In this document: piece after piece, positions 41,955 through 52,891 of the stretch
Layout of the letters: each line of letters begins with the position of its first letter
Position numbering within the stretch: the stretch's first letter is position 1
Assembly: GCA_965224705.1 (NCBI GenBank)
Contig: OZ245056.1
Coordinates: forward strand, 2,848,001 to 2,912,000
Length of the DNA stretch: 64,000 bases
Direction: 5' to 3'
Origin: Spirochaetaceae bacterium
GTDB taxonomy: Bacteria > Spirochaetota > Spirochaetia > DSM-2461
Made by a program: the position numbers and the translations under genes
Notes under the pieces: model-generated
The model's database searches: none
What the model saw: the letters and a program-made list of their open reading frames with translations, nothing else
What the model was told of the DNA's origin: nothing

Positions 41955-43583
41955 TCACTTCGGCGCAAAATCGCGCCCATTATGCTTTTTCCCCCGCAAA
42001 TGCTCAGGTGCATCTTCAGGATATTCGCCGTAGGGTGCTGTTTCCTTTCCCCCTTCACCCAGCGGATTTTCTGGTCCTGGATCAACAAAATCCCACCCGC
42101 CTTCACCATCCGGCTCCAGTTTTTCATGATGTACATGAGGCCCGCTTGAATCTCCGTCCTCATTTTCGTCCGTCTCAATTCGGCCAAGATAGTCACCCTT
42201 CTTTACAGGGTCACCATGATTCAATCCGTTATTCTTTACGGAATTTTCATTCATATGCCCATCATTATGCCAATTGCCTTTTTCATCCAATGCGGAGCTG
42301 TAATAACCAAGTCCGAAATTATGATTGTTTGGATCATCCCACTGACTCCCCTTATATGTCCCATCTACTGTGGAAAATACATTGTATCCATCTGCAGGTT
42401 TCTGCCCATCCTCAGTAGCCAGCCCCCAAAGATCCACATGATTCACCGGATCATTCCCCGTATACACATACCAGTTCATCCCATCCCGAATCGGATCCAC
42501 CGTCGTAAACCGTCCCAATTCAGGCCGGTAATCTCTGTACCCGTAGTTATACAGCCCCGTAAGCGGATCAAAAGGCTTCCCAACATACCCCCTCCGGTCG
42601 GTTTCAATGCTTGCTTCTAGGGGGGAGCCAAACACATCGTAACCGTATGAATCTTCCAGCTGCCCCGAAACGGTAAAGGTTGCCTGTACTGTTCCATGAA
42701 AATCCCCGGTGTAATAACTCTGATTCCCCCCGCCGTCTATCTCAGCCAAAGCACGGCTTCCGGCGATCAGAAAACTCCGGCTCCGGTGGCCGCTGACCGC
42801 CGGCCTCACATCCGGTTCGCAGCGCCGGTAGCGGGTGGGGGCGGCGTTGTTAAGAGCATCCACCCGAAGATCATTTTCCAGCTGCATGGGGATGGTGCCG
42901 ATTTGGGTGCGCTCTTCCATGGGATTCAAGCCGAAATCCCCGCAGCGGTAGAGGGTGCGCTCCCCGGACGATGTCGTGCGGCTCTGACGGCGGCCTAAAG
43001 CATCGTAGGTGTAGGAGAGGGTGTTGGAGCCGCTTTCAAATCCGGCAAGGCCCACCGTGCCCCGGCGGCTCATCTGGACGCCGGTCATCCGATTGCGGGC
43101 GTTATAGCTGTAATCGGCCGTCGAGCGTTCCACCCGTTCCTGAATCAGATTGCCGTTTCCATCGTAGTCAAAATGCCTTTGGCCGCCGCTAAAATGCACC
43201 CTTCGCGTTCCAGGCGGGGCTATCTTTTTCCAAACCGCCAGCACTTCGGCATCACCGCTGTTTTTCAGGGTGCGGAACTGATTCAAAGCCCCCTCGCCCG
43301 GTGAAAAATAGTAGGCGCTCCTTAAATCGGGGTCAAAAAGTTCAGGATAGACTTTTGATTTATTGCTGACCAGCTTCATGATATCGGCTTTCAGTGTAAC
43401 TTCACCGGGGTCGAAGTTCAACAGGTATTGGATAAAAGAATCCCCTCCGGGGGAACGCTGCTGCGGGAAAAGCCCTGCATCCAGACGATCTCTATTTTCT
43501 TCCTTACTAACGCTTAAAAGTTCACCCCTTTGCCCGTAGGTGTAGACCTCGCTGATTATCCCGTCCCGCAGAACATGGGACTT
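41955..43583 (-). CDS. 5'-truncated Rhs protein with core and M23-like C-terminal toxin
   Basis: YD repeats; core YNYGYRDY.PELGRFTTVDP...DPVNHVDLWGL; tip with GHM, GPHVHHE, HNGRD; the first ~30 aa of the ORF are derived from the repeat. Confidence 0.85.
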   Translation of the reverse strand, partial: KSHVLRDGIISEVYTYGQRGELLSVSKEENRDRLDAGLFPQQRSPGGDSFIQYLLNFDPGEVTLKADIMKLVSNKSKVYPELFDPDLRSAYYFSPGEGALNQFRTLKNSGDAEVLAVWKKIAPPGTRRVHFSGGQRHFDYDGNGNLIQERVERSTADYSYNARNRMTGVQMSRRGTVGLAGFESGSNTLSYTYDALGRRQSRTTSSGERTLYRCGDFGLNPMEERTQIGTIPMQLENDLRVDALNNAAPTRYRRCEPDVRPAVSGHRSRSFLIAGSRALAEIDGGGNQSYYTGDFHGTVQATFTVSGQLEDSYGYDVFGSPLEASIETDRRGYVGKPFDPLTGLYNYGYRDYRPELGRFTTVDPIRDGMNWYVYTGNDPVNHVDLWGLATEDGQKPADGYNVFSTVDGTYKGSQWDDPNNHNFGLGYYSSALDEKGNWHNDGHMNENSVKNNGLNHGDPVKKGDYLGRIETDENEDGDSSGPHVHHEKLEPDGEGGWDFVDPGPENPLGEGGKETAPYGEYPEDAPEHLRGKKHNGRDFAPK

Positions 43584-43639
43584 ATTGGAGATGGCCCGAA
43601 TTCTGCCGAGAGATTTTGGTGAATGATTTTTGAGGTAGC

Positions 43640-43904
43640 ACGGGGGTTCGAGAAGAATTTTGGGAGTGCTCAAAATCTTAGCATAGCGATAGAAGTTTCT
43701 CCCGAGACGGTTCGCCGAACGATTCAGTGGGGATGAAAGCTGGAAAACATTTTTCCCACTGGAGATTGGAAAAGATTCCTAAAGAGTCACTGGAATTTAC
43801 TCTTTTGCTGTGATTTTTTGACGGTTGAGACATCAGGATTTCGACGCTTCTATGTGTTTTTTATCATGGAACTTAAAAGCTAAAAGATCGTGCAGTTCGC
43901 TTAG
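43640..43904 (+). pseudogene. second rve-integrase remnant, cut by the IS3 element
   Basis: 43755-43900 closely matches 40074-40220. Confidence 0.7.
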
Positions 43905-44410
43905 TGTCAAGCAAGTTGTCACGATCATCCTGCTTTTTTATATAAAAACTTTCTGGTTTCCCGTGAAGGATTCAGGTAGACAACCATACGCTCCCTCCAC
44001 ATCCGGGGACCCCTTTTCGGAAAACGTTCAGGGTGCTTCTTCCATGCCTCCTGAAGTGTCCGGTTCCTTCTGGCGAATAGGTTGGATGATGCACCTGTTC
44101 GACGCTGTAGTGGTGTGACATAACCGATTCCCGAATGCCTATGAATTGTGTTATACCAGTTGACGAAATCTGCCGTCCAACTCCTGGCCTCATCAATAGC
44201 GGCAAAGCGCCGTGGATAACCAGCATGGTATTTCAAAGTCCTGAAGAATGACTCTATGAATGGATTATCATTCTTCACCAGGGGCCGGGAGTGCGAAAGG
44301 AACATACCCATGTTGGCCAGAGTAACAGCAAAGGTTGCTCCCCGCATGGGATTTCCATTGTCCGCATGAAGCCAGGTTCCCTTGAGATCTCGTTTCGCTT
44401 TAATTCTAAG

Positions 44411-46379
44411 CCGAAGTTTTTGGCGAAGAAGTTAGTAATTCTCTATCAAAAAAAGATTTACAAATAAATTCTGTGTTGTTTACTGCTTACACCTCCCTAT
44501 TCGCATGGGATTGTACTGTACGTTTAGCAACTCAAATACCTTTGTATGAAAAGGATTTAACTCACTTCCCTGCGAGTAGCAGGGGGCGTTATCCACGGCA
44601 GGTCGAATGTCGATGATGGCTACAGCCGAAAGAGAATCAATAAGGGATCGAAAGCTCATCACGGGATATCCTTCTTCGTTAACTTTATGTTCTGCTTTGT
44701 GATTGCCATGAGGTGAACGCAAAGCCTTCCTCACCGGTGAGCTTTGCCTGCTTCTGTCTTGATACTCATCCATAAACAGCAGAGGTTTGAGTTTTTCCCT
44801 CATAGCAAACTCTACGTAATAGGCAAGCAAGCACAGATAAAAGTGCCCTTTAACCCGACTTGCAAGACGATGATGAATGGGACGGGCCTGTAGTCCGGCT
44901 ATTTTCAAGCAGCGAAACACTTCCTCCACTCGTTGAAGATTTTTGTAGTTCTCCACACATTCTGGTGTTTGCATTCTATCGCTTTCCACATTGGTACGCA
45001 GGATATAAATACCGTCACAGGCCTCTTCCTGTCCGATGGATTCTTCGTTTCGAGAAAACAAAAAGTCATCGTCCCTGATCTCTACATTGAAATGCTTGCC
45101 CATTTTATACTTTCCAATAATTCGGCCATAGCGTTCGGCAATCTTCACTTTGCCCCGTAAAGCTCTTTTTTCCCTTCTTGCGGCTTTCTGGATGGCACTT
45201 AACTTATCTTCAGCTGCACTCAACAGTTCCCGCCGTTTCTTCCTGCGTTCCTGAGCAAGATAAGGATTGCGGCACACGATAAGCCGTTCTCCGGGAAAGT
45301 CTTCGCTGTGTATTTCCCATAAATCCGTTTCATCAAAGAGTTCCGGGGTAATACTCTGGGTAGTAACCAGTTTCTTGACCGCTGGAGCACTCAAGGCTCC
45401 AAGCCATCTTACCCAATCCCCATTGTCAAGCATCTCTTCTTTAATGTTTTTGGCTGTAACCATTCCCCGATCACCGACAAACACTATTGCTTTGCCCAGC
45501 TTCCTTAACTTTTCAAGCTGCTCTGCTGCGGTAGTGCTGTCACTTCTATTGCCCTTAAATACTTGAGCTCCAACCGGAACGCCGTATCGATTTGTCATGA
45601 CACCTAACTCTATTTGCCGTTTACCCCTTTTCCCGTCCCGGCTATATCCGTATTCGGCAAGTGAACAGTGAGAACCTTCATACCAAAAGGAACTCAAGTC
45701 GTACAGCAAGATCGTATCATCCTTGAGATGACGGTTTCTTAATCGCTGTTCAATACTTCCCCACTGCTCTTCCAGATTATCAAGTGCTCCGTAAAGATCA
45801 GCAGGCTTGACTTCTCCCAGACCAAGAATGCGGTTCAAAGAGCTATGTGTATTCTTTTCATCAAGAGCATAAGCGGTCGCAAGCTTTGATGCAGGGTGAA
45901 TAATCCTCTGGGCGATCATTGCCTTAATCAGCATCAGGTTATCAGGAGACACACCTTTAAGAAGACTCTCTATGTTGAGTTGTTTCATGGTTTGAATGAT
46001 GGCCAGAGAGTGTCCGTGGGCGTAGGATCGTTCAATCGTGAACATTTTATCCGGAGAGATAATTCTTGCTCCCTTAAGCAGAGCATGAAATCCTTCTCTA
46101 ATTTCTGCCGGCCAATCAGTGAGATTGGCTATTGTTGTAGTCGTGGGTTTTCCATTGACGCGGGTTGATTTTCGAAGGAGCCAGCAGCCTGGAGAGTTTC
46201 TATTTTTGATATACTGGATATACATGTGCTGTATTATAGCATGTATTATTTATATGTCAAGCTATTAGCAATAGAAAAATTCATATTACATGCGTACATT
46301 TTCCTGTTTTTTTAGCGGTATATTCTTGTAACTTTTTTCAGAAAAAGAAATTAACTGGATTTTGCGCCAAAAACTTCGG
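44411..46379 (-). mobile_element. IS1634-family element
   Basis: Perfect 15-bp TIR CCGAAGTTTTTGGCG; 6-bp TSD TCTAAG (44405-44410, 46380-46385). Confidence 0.92.
44480..46225 (-). CDS. IS1634 transposase
   Basis: LYDLSS.WYEG, YGYSRDGK, VGDRGM, DGIYILRTN, Y..LQRVEEVFR.LK. Confidence 0.92.
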   Translation of the reverse strand: MYIQYIKNRNSPGCWLLRKSTRVNGKPTTTTIANLTDWPAEIREGFHALLKGARIISPDKMFTIERSYAHGHSLAIIQTMKQLNIESLLKGVSPDNLMLIKAMIAQRIIHPASKLATAYALDEKNTHSSLNRILGLGEVKPADLYGALDNLEEQWGSIEQRLRNRHLKDDTILLYDLSSFWYEGSHCSLAEYGYSRDGKRGKRQIELGVMTNRYGVPVGAQVFKGNRSDSTTAAEQLEKLRKLGKAIVFVGDRGMVTAKNIKEEMLDNGDWVRWLGALSAPAVKKLVTTQSITPELFDETDLWEIHSEDFPGERLIVCRNPYLAQERRKKRRELLSAAEDKLSAIQKAARREKRALRGKVKIAERYGRIIGKYKMGKHFNVEIRDDDFLFSRNEESIGQEEACDGIYILRTNVESDRMQTPECVENYKNLQRVEEVFRCLKIAGLQARPIHHRLASRVKGHFYLCLLAYYVEFAMREKLKPLLFMDEYQDRSRQSSPVRKALRSPHGNHKAEHKVNEEGYPVMSFRSLIDSLSAVAIIDIRPAVDNAPCYSQGSELNPFHTKVFELLNVQYNPMRIGRCKQ

Positions 46380-47368
46380 TCTAAGGAATAACTCTCTGGC
46401 ATATTTTTCCGACTCAGAATCATGGATGGTCCAGCCAACAATCTCACGGCTCCAAACGTCAATGACAGCATAGGCATACCAGAATAGACCATTCACCTGA
46501 GAGGGCATCCATGTAATATCCCAGGAATACACTTGATCCGGGCCGGTCGCTTTAAGTTCCGGCGGTCTGTAGGACTTTCTCGGCGGCTTTGAGCTTCGCC
46601 TGTGAGAAAGGAGTCCCCGCTGCTTCAACACTCGATAGAATGTTCTGGGACTTGCAAGGTAAGTGTCTTCTTCAGCAAGGATTGCAACAATTTCATAAGG
46701 ATTGGTATCCACAAACCTCTTAGAGCAGCATACAGCAACGATCGCATCCTTTTCCTGTTCGCTTAAGGCTCTGGGATTCGCCCTTGCCTTACCTGAGCGT
46801 TTATCATCGGAGCATTGAGTCCACCGGTAGTACGTTCTTGTTTGAATCCCCAGAGCATCACAGCATTTGTAGATTGGAGCCCCTAAAGCCACAGCCTCCT
46901 TGATATCAGAAACAATCTGTTTCTTCACACTACGATGAGTCACTCGTCCTCGGCCTCCTGAAACAGAAGAGATGTTTTTTTTTGAAGTGCTATGATTGTC
47001 GACATCTCTGCAAGAGCCTTGTCCTTACGGTTAAGCTCTTTATCCCTCTTTTTCAGCTCCTTGCGAATCTCCCTCATCTCCCGGGACTTATCCCCACCTT
47101 TCTGATCAACAAGAGCCCGGAGTTCTTGTTCCCATAGCCCAATTAGTCGTGTACACATACCAGTTCCGCCCATCCGAATTCCTCTGAGAGATCAGCTGCC
47201 TTCCGCTTCTCCGGGCCGATCATCTTTTGCAAGATAGTATTCCTGAATTGAACACTGTACCTCTGCATGTTGTCAGCTCCTACGTTGACTTAACTTGTGT
47301 GACAACTACTTTGGCACAGCGCGGGGGTAGCACGGCACGGGAAACAGCTAAAATTTCAGAAAAATAAG

Positions 47369-47734
47369 TTACCTTTCCGAATACTCAATTGTTATGTTTT
47401 TATAATTATTTTGCTTAACATAGATATGATTTGATGGACAATCGTGAGAAATTATTAAATGATCAGCATCACGCCAAGTTACACTTACATTTGTGCTATG
47501 ACTTCCAATAAAAACATTTCCTGTCACATTATTTTTTAATTTTTTTGTTGTCTTCATTATTGATACCTGAGGTGAGAATGAAGTTGTTGCCCCACAGTTT
47601 CGCAAAAAAGCGACTGCCTTTAAGTCACCAGAAGGGGACTCCTTTTCACTGATGATTTCATTTTCACACATTGCCGTACATCCTGATAAAATGAGTATGC
47701 TACAAATCCCAGTAATTATGATTATTCTTTTCAT
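47369..47734 (-). CDS. lipoprotein, putative immunity protein (DUF5412-like)
   Basis: Lipobox LILSGC; C.NE....SP....A..F.R.CGATT motif; AT-rich. Confidence 0.7.
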   Translation of the reverse strand: MKRIIIITGICSILILSGCTAMCENEIISEKESPSGDLKAVAFLRNCGATTSFSPQVSIMKTTKKLKNNVTGNVFIGSHSTNVSVTWRDADHLIISHDCPSNHIYVKQNNYKNITIEYSER

Positions 47735-47743
47735 ATAAAATTC

Positions 47744-48070
47744 TTAATCTATTGTCCACTTGCTTTTAATGCTTCTTGTTGTCTAATAATCAATACCTGC
47801 TTTTATTTGAACTTGGTCAGCGGGGGCATCACCATATGGAGCAGAGCCCCAAGGGTTTCCCCACTCAGGCTTTGAAGTTCCTGCCTCTGTTTGAGCCCAG
47901 ACAGCATCTCGTAATAATACTTGTTCAGGAATACTTATTGAAGCCCCAGTAGCACCAAAGTTAAAATTACCGAAATCTTGATACTCTGAGCCTTGTTGCT
48001 TATAATCCCATTCTCCTTTGTTTTTTTACAGCATTGTACTACTCTTTGTACCCCATATCTTTTGCCTTCC
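47744..48070 (-). pseudogene. Ntox44 (bacterial toxin 44, predicted RNase) tip
   Basis: Hand translation: E*YNAVK/NKGEWDYKQQGSEYQDFGNFNFGATG..IPEQVLLR..WAQ...WGNPWGSAPYGDAPADQ..I..GIDY*; TAG at 48039 and +1 slip in an A7 run. Confidence 0.85.
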
Positions 48071-51000
48071 GTAGATCGCTTTCCAGCTGCATGGGGATGC
48101 TGCCGATTTGGGTGCGCTCTTCCATGGGATTCAAGCCGAAATCCCCGTAGCGGTAGAGGGTGCGCTCTCCGGCCGATGTCGTGCGGCTCTGGCGGCGGCC
48201 TAAAGCATCGTAGGTGTAGGAGAGGGTGTTGGAGCCGCTTTCAAATTCGGCAAGGCCCACCGTGCCCCGGCGGCGCATCTGGACACCTTTCATCCGATTG
48301 CGGGCGTTATAGCTGTAATCGGCCGTCGAGCGTTCCACCCGTTCCTGAATCAGGTTGCCGTTTCCATCGTAGTCAAAATGCCTTTGGCCCCTCTGGATCA
48401 GCTGATTCTCCTGCCCGTAGCGGCTTTCAATCATCCCCCAGCCGTTCTGGATGCTCGCGCGGTTTCCGGCGCTGTCGTATTGATAATACTCGCTCCACTG
48501 GCAGCCGCTAAAATGCACCCTTTGCGTTCCAGGCGGGGCGATCTCTTTCCAAACCGCCAGAACTTCGGCATCACCGCTGTTTTTCAGGGTGCGGAACTGA
48601 TTCAAAGCCCCCTCTCCCGGTGAAAAATAGTAGGCGCTGCTTAAATCGGGGTCAAAAAGTTCTGGATAGACTTTTGATTTATCGCTGACCAATTTCATAA
48701 TATCGGCTTTCAGTGTAACTTCGCCGGGGTCGGAGTTCAACAGGTATTGGATAAAAGAATCCCCTCCGGGGGAACGCTGCTGCGGGAAAAGCCCTGCGTC
48801 CAGACGATCTCTGTAGCTTTTTAAGAGAATCTCATCCGAAAAGGGGTAGCTGACACGGGCCAGACGGTCCATATCGTCGTACTCGAATTCCCGCACCTTG
48901 CCTGTATGCCTCACAATGCGGCTTCTTTGACCCCCGGAGTTGTACACATAACCCTCGCCCCAAAGAAAATCATAGCGCATAGAGCCGGTTTCCCTGTAAG
49001 CTGATACCCCGACCGGACGGCCCCAATCATCGTAAATGCGCCGCTGTTCCACTCCCCCGGGGAACTGGCGGAGGATTTCCCGGCCCATCACATCGTATTC
49101 AAAGCGGATATCCTGATTCTCTTCGTCACTAACGCTTAGAAGTTCGCCCCTTTGCCCGTAGGTGTAAACCTCGCGGATGATACCGTCCCGCAGAACATGG
49201 GTCTTGTTACCCCGCTCATCGTAGCGGAAACCGATATCAGAGCTGAACCGATCATCGGTTTCCCGGATCAGCCGGTTTAATTCATCGTATTCGTAAAAAA
49301 GCCGATTTCCCTCTTCGCCTGCGGCTTCCAGAAGATTGCCAACCGCATCGTAGCGGTAGGAGACTTCAGTGCCCCTTTCATAACGCTCCTGGATTATCCT
49401 GTTGTAATCATCGTAGCTGTAATGGGTCGAGTGCCCGTTAAAGTCAATGATTTCCGATAAAAGGCTCCCCTGATAGCGAAGCGTGCGGGTGTGTCCGTTC
49501 TGGCTGGTCTGTGATATCAAACGCCCCAGTTCATCGTAGCGGGCATAGCGGCGATGGCCCAAAGGATCGGTGTCGCTGAGAAGATCCCCCGCCGCCGAGC
49601 GCCCGTAGCGGTAGAAAATCCCCTTGCCGGGACTGTAGCTGGTCAAATAGCCTAAATCATCGTATTCAAAACTCTCAATCCGGCCGGTCGGCAGAATCTT
49701 CTCAACCATGTGACCGGATTGGTCATACCGGTAAACCTCGTAAAACCCTCCGGGAAGTGCCCCCCGGATCATCCGGCCCTGTCCGTCGTATTCGTAGCGG
49801 TATTCCCCGCCTCCTGAATCACTCACCTCAACAAGTTGATCCGCCGCATCGTAGCGGTAGGTGTAGAGTGCCCCCTCATCCCCATAGGGATCGCCACTCT
49901 GGACAAGGCGGCCCAATTCATCGTACCTCCGGCTCCACTCTCCCCCCGCTTCATCAGTAATCAAGACAAGACGATCCATATCATCATAGCTGTATAACAC
50001 TTCGCCGCCGCCAGGATCAGTCTTTTTGACAGGACGGTCATACCCGTCGTATTCCAGCTGAGTCACCCGCCCAAGAGCATCTTCTATTTCGCTTAAAAGA
50101 CCGCTCCGGCTATCGTAGCGGCGGCGCTCGATAACGGTGCTATCCGGACCTATCACCTGAATCAGCCGATCCAGATTGTCATAGATAAACCGATAGGTCA
50201 GTCCATCCTCTCCGGTTCTGGCACTCAGACGGCCCAGACGGTCGTAGCTCTGATTCTCGGATATCATCCCCCGGCCGGTTTCGGCGACCCGGCCCATCGC
50301 ATCGTAGCGGTAGAGGGTATCAAGATCCCATAAATCGCTGAAAGATCTCAGCCTCCCATACTCCCAGCTGTAATGCTGCTCGGCAAGGCTCCCCTGATAA
50401 AAGGCTCCATCAAAGCGGCCGTTTTGATAGCGTCCATAACTTTCCCGGATCAGCTGCGAATGGCTGTCATAGGCGTAGCTGACAGCCCGCCCTTCCCCGT
50501 CATGGAGTAAATCAAGACGGCCCCCGGGCCCGTAGAGGTAGCTCTCCGAAGCGGAAAGCTGATCGTTTTTGTAGGAGATTTTCCCAGCAAGATAGCCTCC
50601 CTCACTGTAGCTGTATTCTTCCCGGTACACATCGGGATTCTCTTTTCCGCCGACAAAGCGGCTCATAGGCTTCTCATCTTCCCGGTAAACCCGGTACTCA
50701 ACCCGCAGATAGCGGCTCTTAAGATCATCAAAATCAAGGGATGCGTAATCGATATTCGCATCAGGAAACCCGCTTTGATCAGCAAGTCCGTCTATCCGGT
50801 AGATCAGCTTGTGACGCCTGTCGTAGATCAAACGGCTCCATACCCCGTCAAAACTGCGCACCCAGATCAAATCCTTGCGGTTATTGTATTCATAAAGCTC
50901 TCCCCGGCTCTGCTGCCCATCGGTGCTGTGTAAAGTCCGCTCTGTCAAACGCCCCTCACCATCATAGGCGAAGCTCATCTGCCGCCCTTCGACGCTTTCC

Positions 51001-51986
51001 CCGGCCAAAAGTCCCCCGGCCGTATAGCTCCGGGTAATCTGACTCCCGTCCGGGTAACTTGCACCGATTAAGCGGCCAAAGCCATCATAACTGTAGCTGT
51101 ATTGGTTTCCATGACGGTCTCTGTAGCTTGTAAGAATACCGGCGGCCAATGGGGCATAGCTCATAAGCTCCCGGCTGCCGTCGCTGTGGAGAATCTCCTC
51201 GACCTCTCCCCGATCGCTGTAACTGTATCGTGTCTCCCTTCCCAAACGGTCGGTATGGGAGAGCAGCTGACCGTTCGCATCATCATAGTCAAACTCCTCC
51301 AGGCTCCCATCAGAATGCTCCACCCGGCTTTCCTTGTGGGGAGATGCAAACTCATACTTCTCCCATACTCCCGAAGAATTTGTATAGAGGGTGCTTTGAA
51401 CTTCTCCCTCAGCGTCAAAGCTGTATTCAAAGCTCTCGGTGTTTCCTTCCTCATCAGTTGTTCCAACCACCATCTGGTGACCTTCCACATCCTGATACAG
51501 CAGGTCAATTTGACTCCCGTCGGCTTTCACAATCTCATCAAGGCGTCCATCCAGACGGTATTGGTAACCGGTCGTATCCCCTGAAAAATCGGTGACTCCG
51601 CTTAAATAATCCCCGCTGTAACTGTAGCGGATTTGCCGATTGGCGTAATCATCTATCCCGGCCAAACGCTCTCCGTTCCACAGTAAATCAATAACTCGGC
51701 CCGAATCATCGGTAATCTCTTCCAATCGGCCTTCTTCCCAGCGTAAATCGTACCCGGCTCCAGAGCGGTTTTCAATTCGAAACACCCGCCCGTACAAGTC
51801 GTAGTACCATAAGGTCAAATCGCTTGACTTTTCCCGAACCAATACTCCGTCACTGCGCAGAAAAAGCTTATCCCCCCCGGGGTTATCAACCGGTTCTAAG
51901 GCCGTCCCCGCCGGGTAAAAGTTAAATATGGCTCCGCTGTCTTCCGGGGCGGCAGAGGTGTAACCGTTATCATAGTCCAAAGGCAT
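48039..51986 (-). pseudogene. large Rhs/YD-repeat protein lacking the Rhs core (deleted) and probably its N-terminus
   Basis: Many YD repeats; similarity to other copies stops at MQLESDLR and joins directly to Ntox44. Confidence 0.88.
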
Positions 51987-52026
51987 TTTGCCGGGGCTTT
52001 GGTGATGGCCGTTCAGGTACTGATGA

Positions 52027-52760
52027 TCATAACGGCGAAGCTGGAGGGGGCGGGGCTGTCACATGGACTCCCAGGATGCGGTGGCGGAGTTTGTGCCGTC
52101 TGTCGTAGAGAAAGTAGTGGCGGATTTCATCGTTGATGGTGGTGGACAGGCGGTCTTTGCGGCTGTTGTAGGCATACTCTTCCCGGTAGCTGATTCTTCC
52201 GTCTTTGCCGTAGGTGATGAGGCTCGTCAGGAGGCCATCGGGGCGGAAGGTGAAGGCTTCCCGTATTCCATTGGCATAGATTCTTTCGGCCAGGCTGCCC
52301 GCTGCGTCATAGCTTCGCTCTTCGACGGTGGTATTGTCGATCTTCACTGTGGTGAGCTGACCGTAGGGGTCGTATTGGTAGGTCCAGAGGCTGTTTTCTA
52401 TCTGCCTTGAGGCGAGCAGGCCTTCGCTGTTGTAGGTGAAGGTTTCCTCGTTTGAGATTTGGCCCATGGGGTATGTAATCCGGACCAGCTGGCCGCCGGC
52501 ATTGTAATCATAGGTGGTGGTGTTTCCCCGCCGGTCCCGGAAGCTGGTGATTTGCCGTCCGCTGTTCCGGTAGGAGCTTTCCGTGTAGCTGCCGTCTCCG
52601 TAGGTGGTTTTGGTGATGCTGCCGAAGTTGTCGTATTCGTAGCGGAGTGTTTCGCCGGTTGGGAGTACTTCCTGGGTTACTTGGCGGAGGGGGTTGTATG
52701 TTTTTTCGTGAAAGCTTCCGTCCGAATAGCTTGTCTTGGTCACCAAATGATCGTTTATCT
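52027..52760 (-). pseudogene. fragment of a second, divergent Rhs/YD-repeat gene
   Basis: YD repeats; YNSRKD...YDRRHKL.HRI aligns with YNNRKD...YDRRHKLIYRI of the 1315-aa Rhs. Confidence 0.8.
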
Positions 52761-52891
52761 GATGGACTTCCTTTAGAACATACCCAGTATCATCCAATTT
52801 ACCTTTATCATATAATCCTTGTGTATTTTCAAAATGAGGCTTATCGTCAAATGAAGCGTCCACCCGTACTCCAGAACCTGACGCAGCAAAA

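Larger units (their letters stand above)
43905..47316 (-). mobile_element. IS3-family element (degenerate orfA 46940-47268; orfB 43925-46943 split by IS1634)
   Basis: Ends TGTCAAGCAAGTTGTCAC / TGCCAAAGTAGTTGTCAC; WDIT, D..SR.IVGW, HADNG, NDNPFIESFFRTLKY; A9 slippery run at ~46975-46983. Confidence 0.85.
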
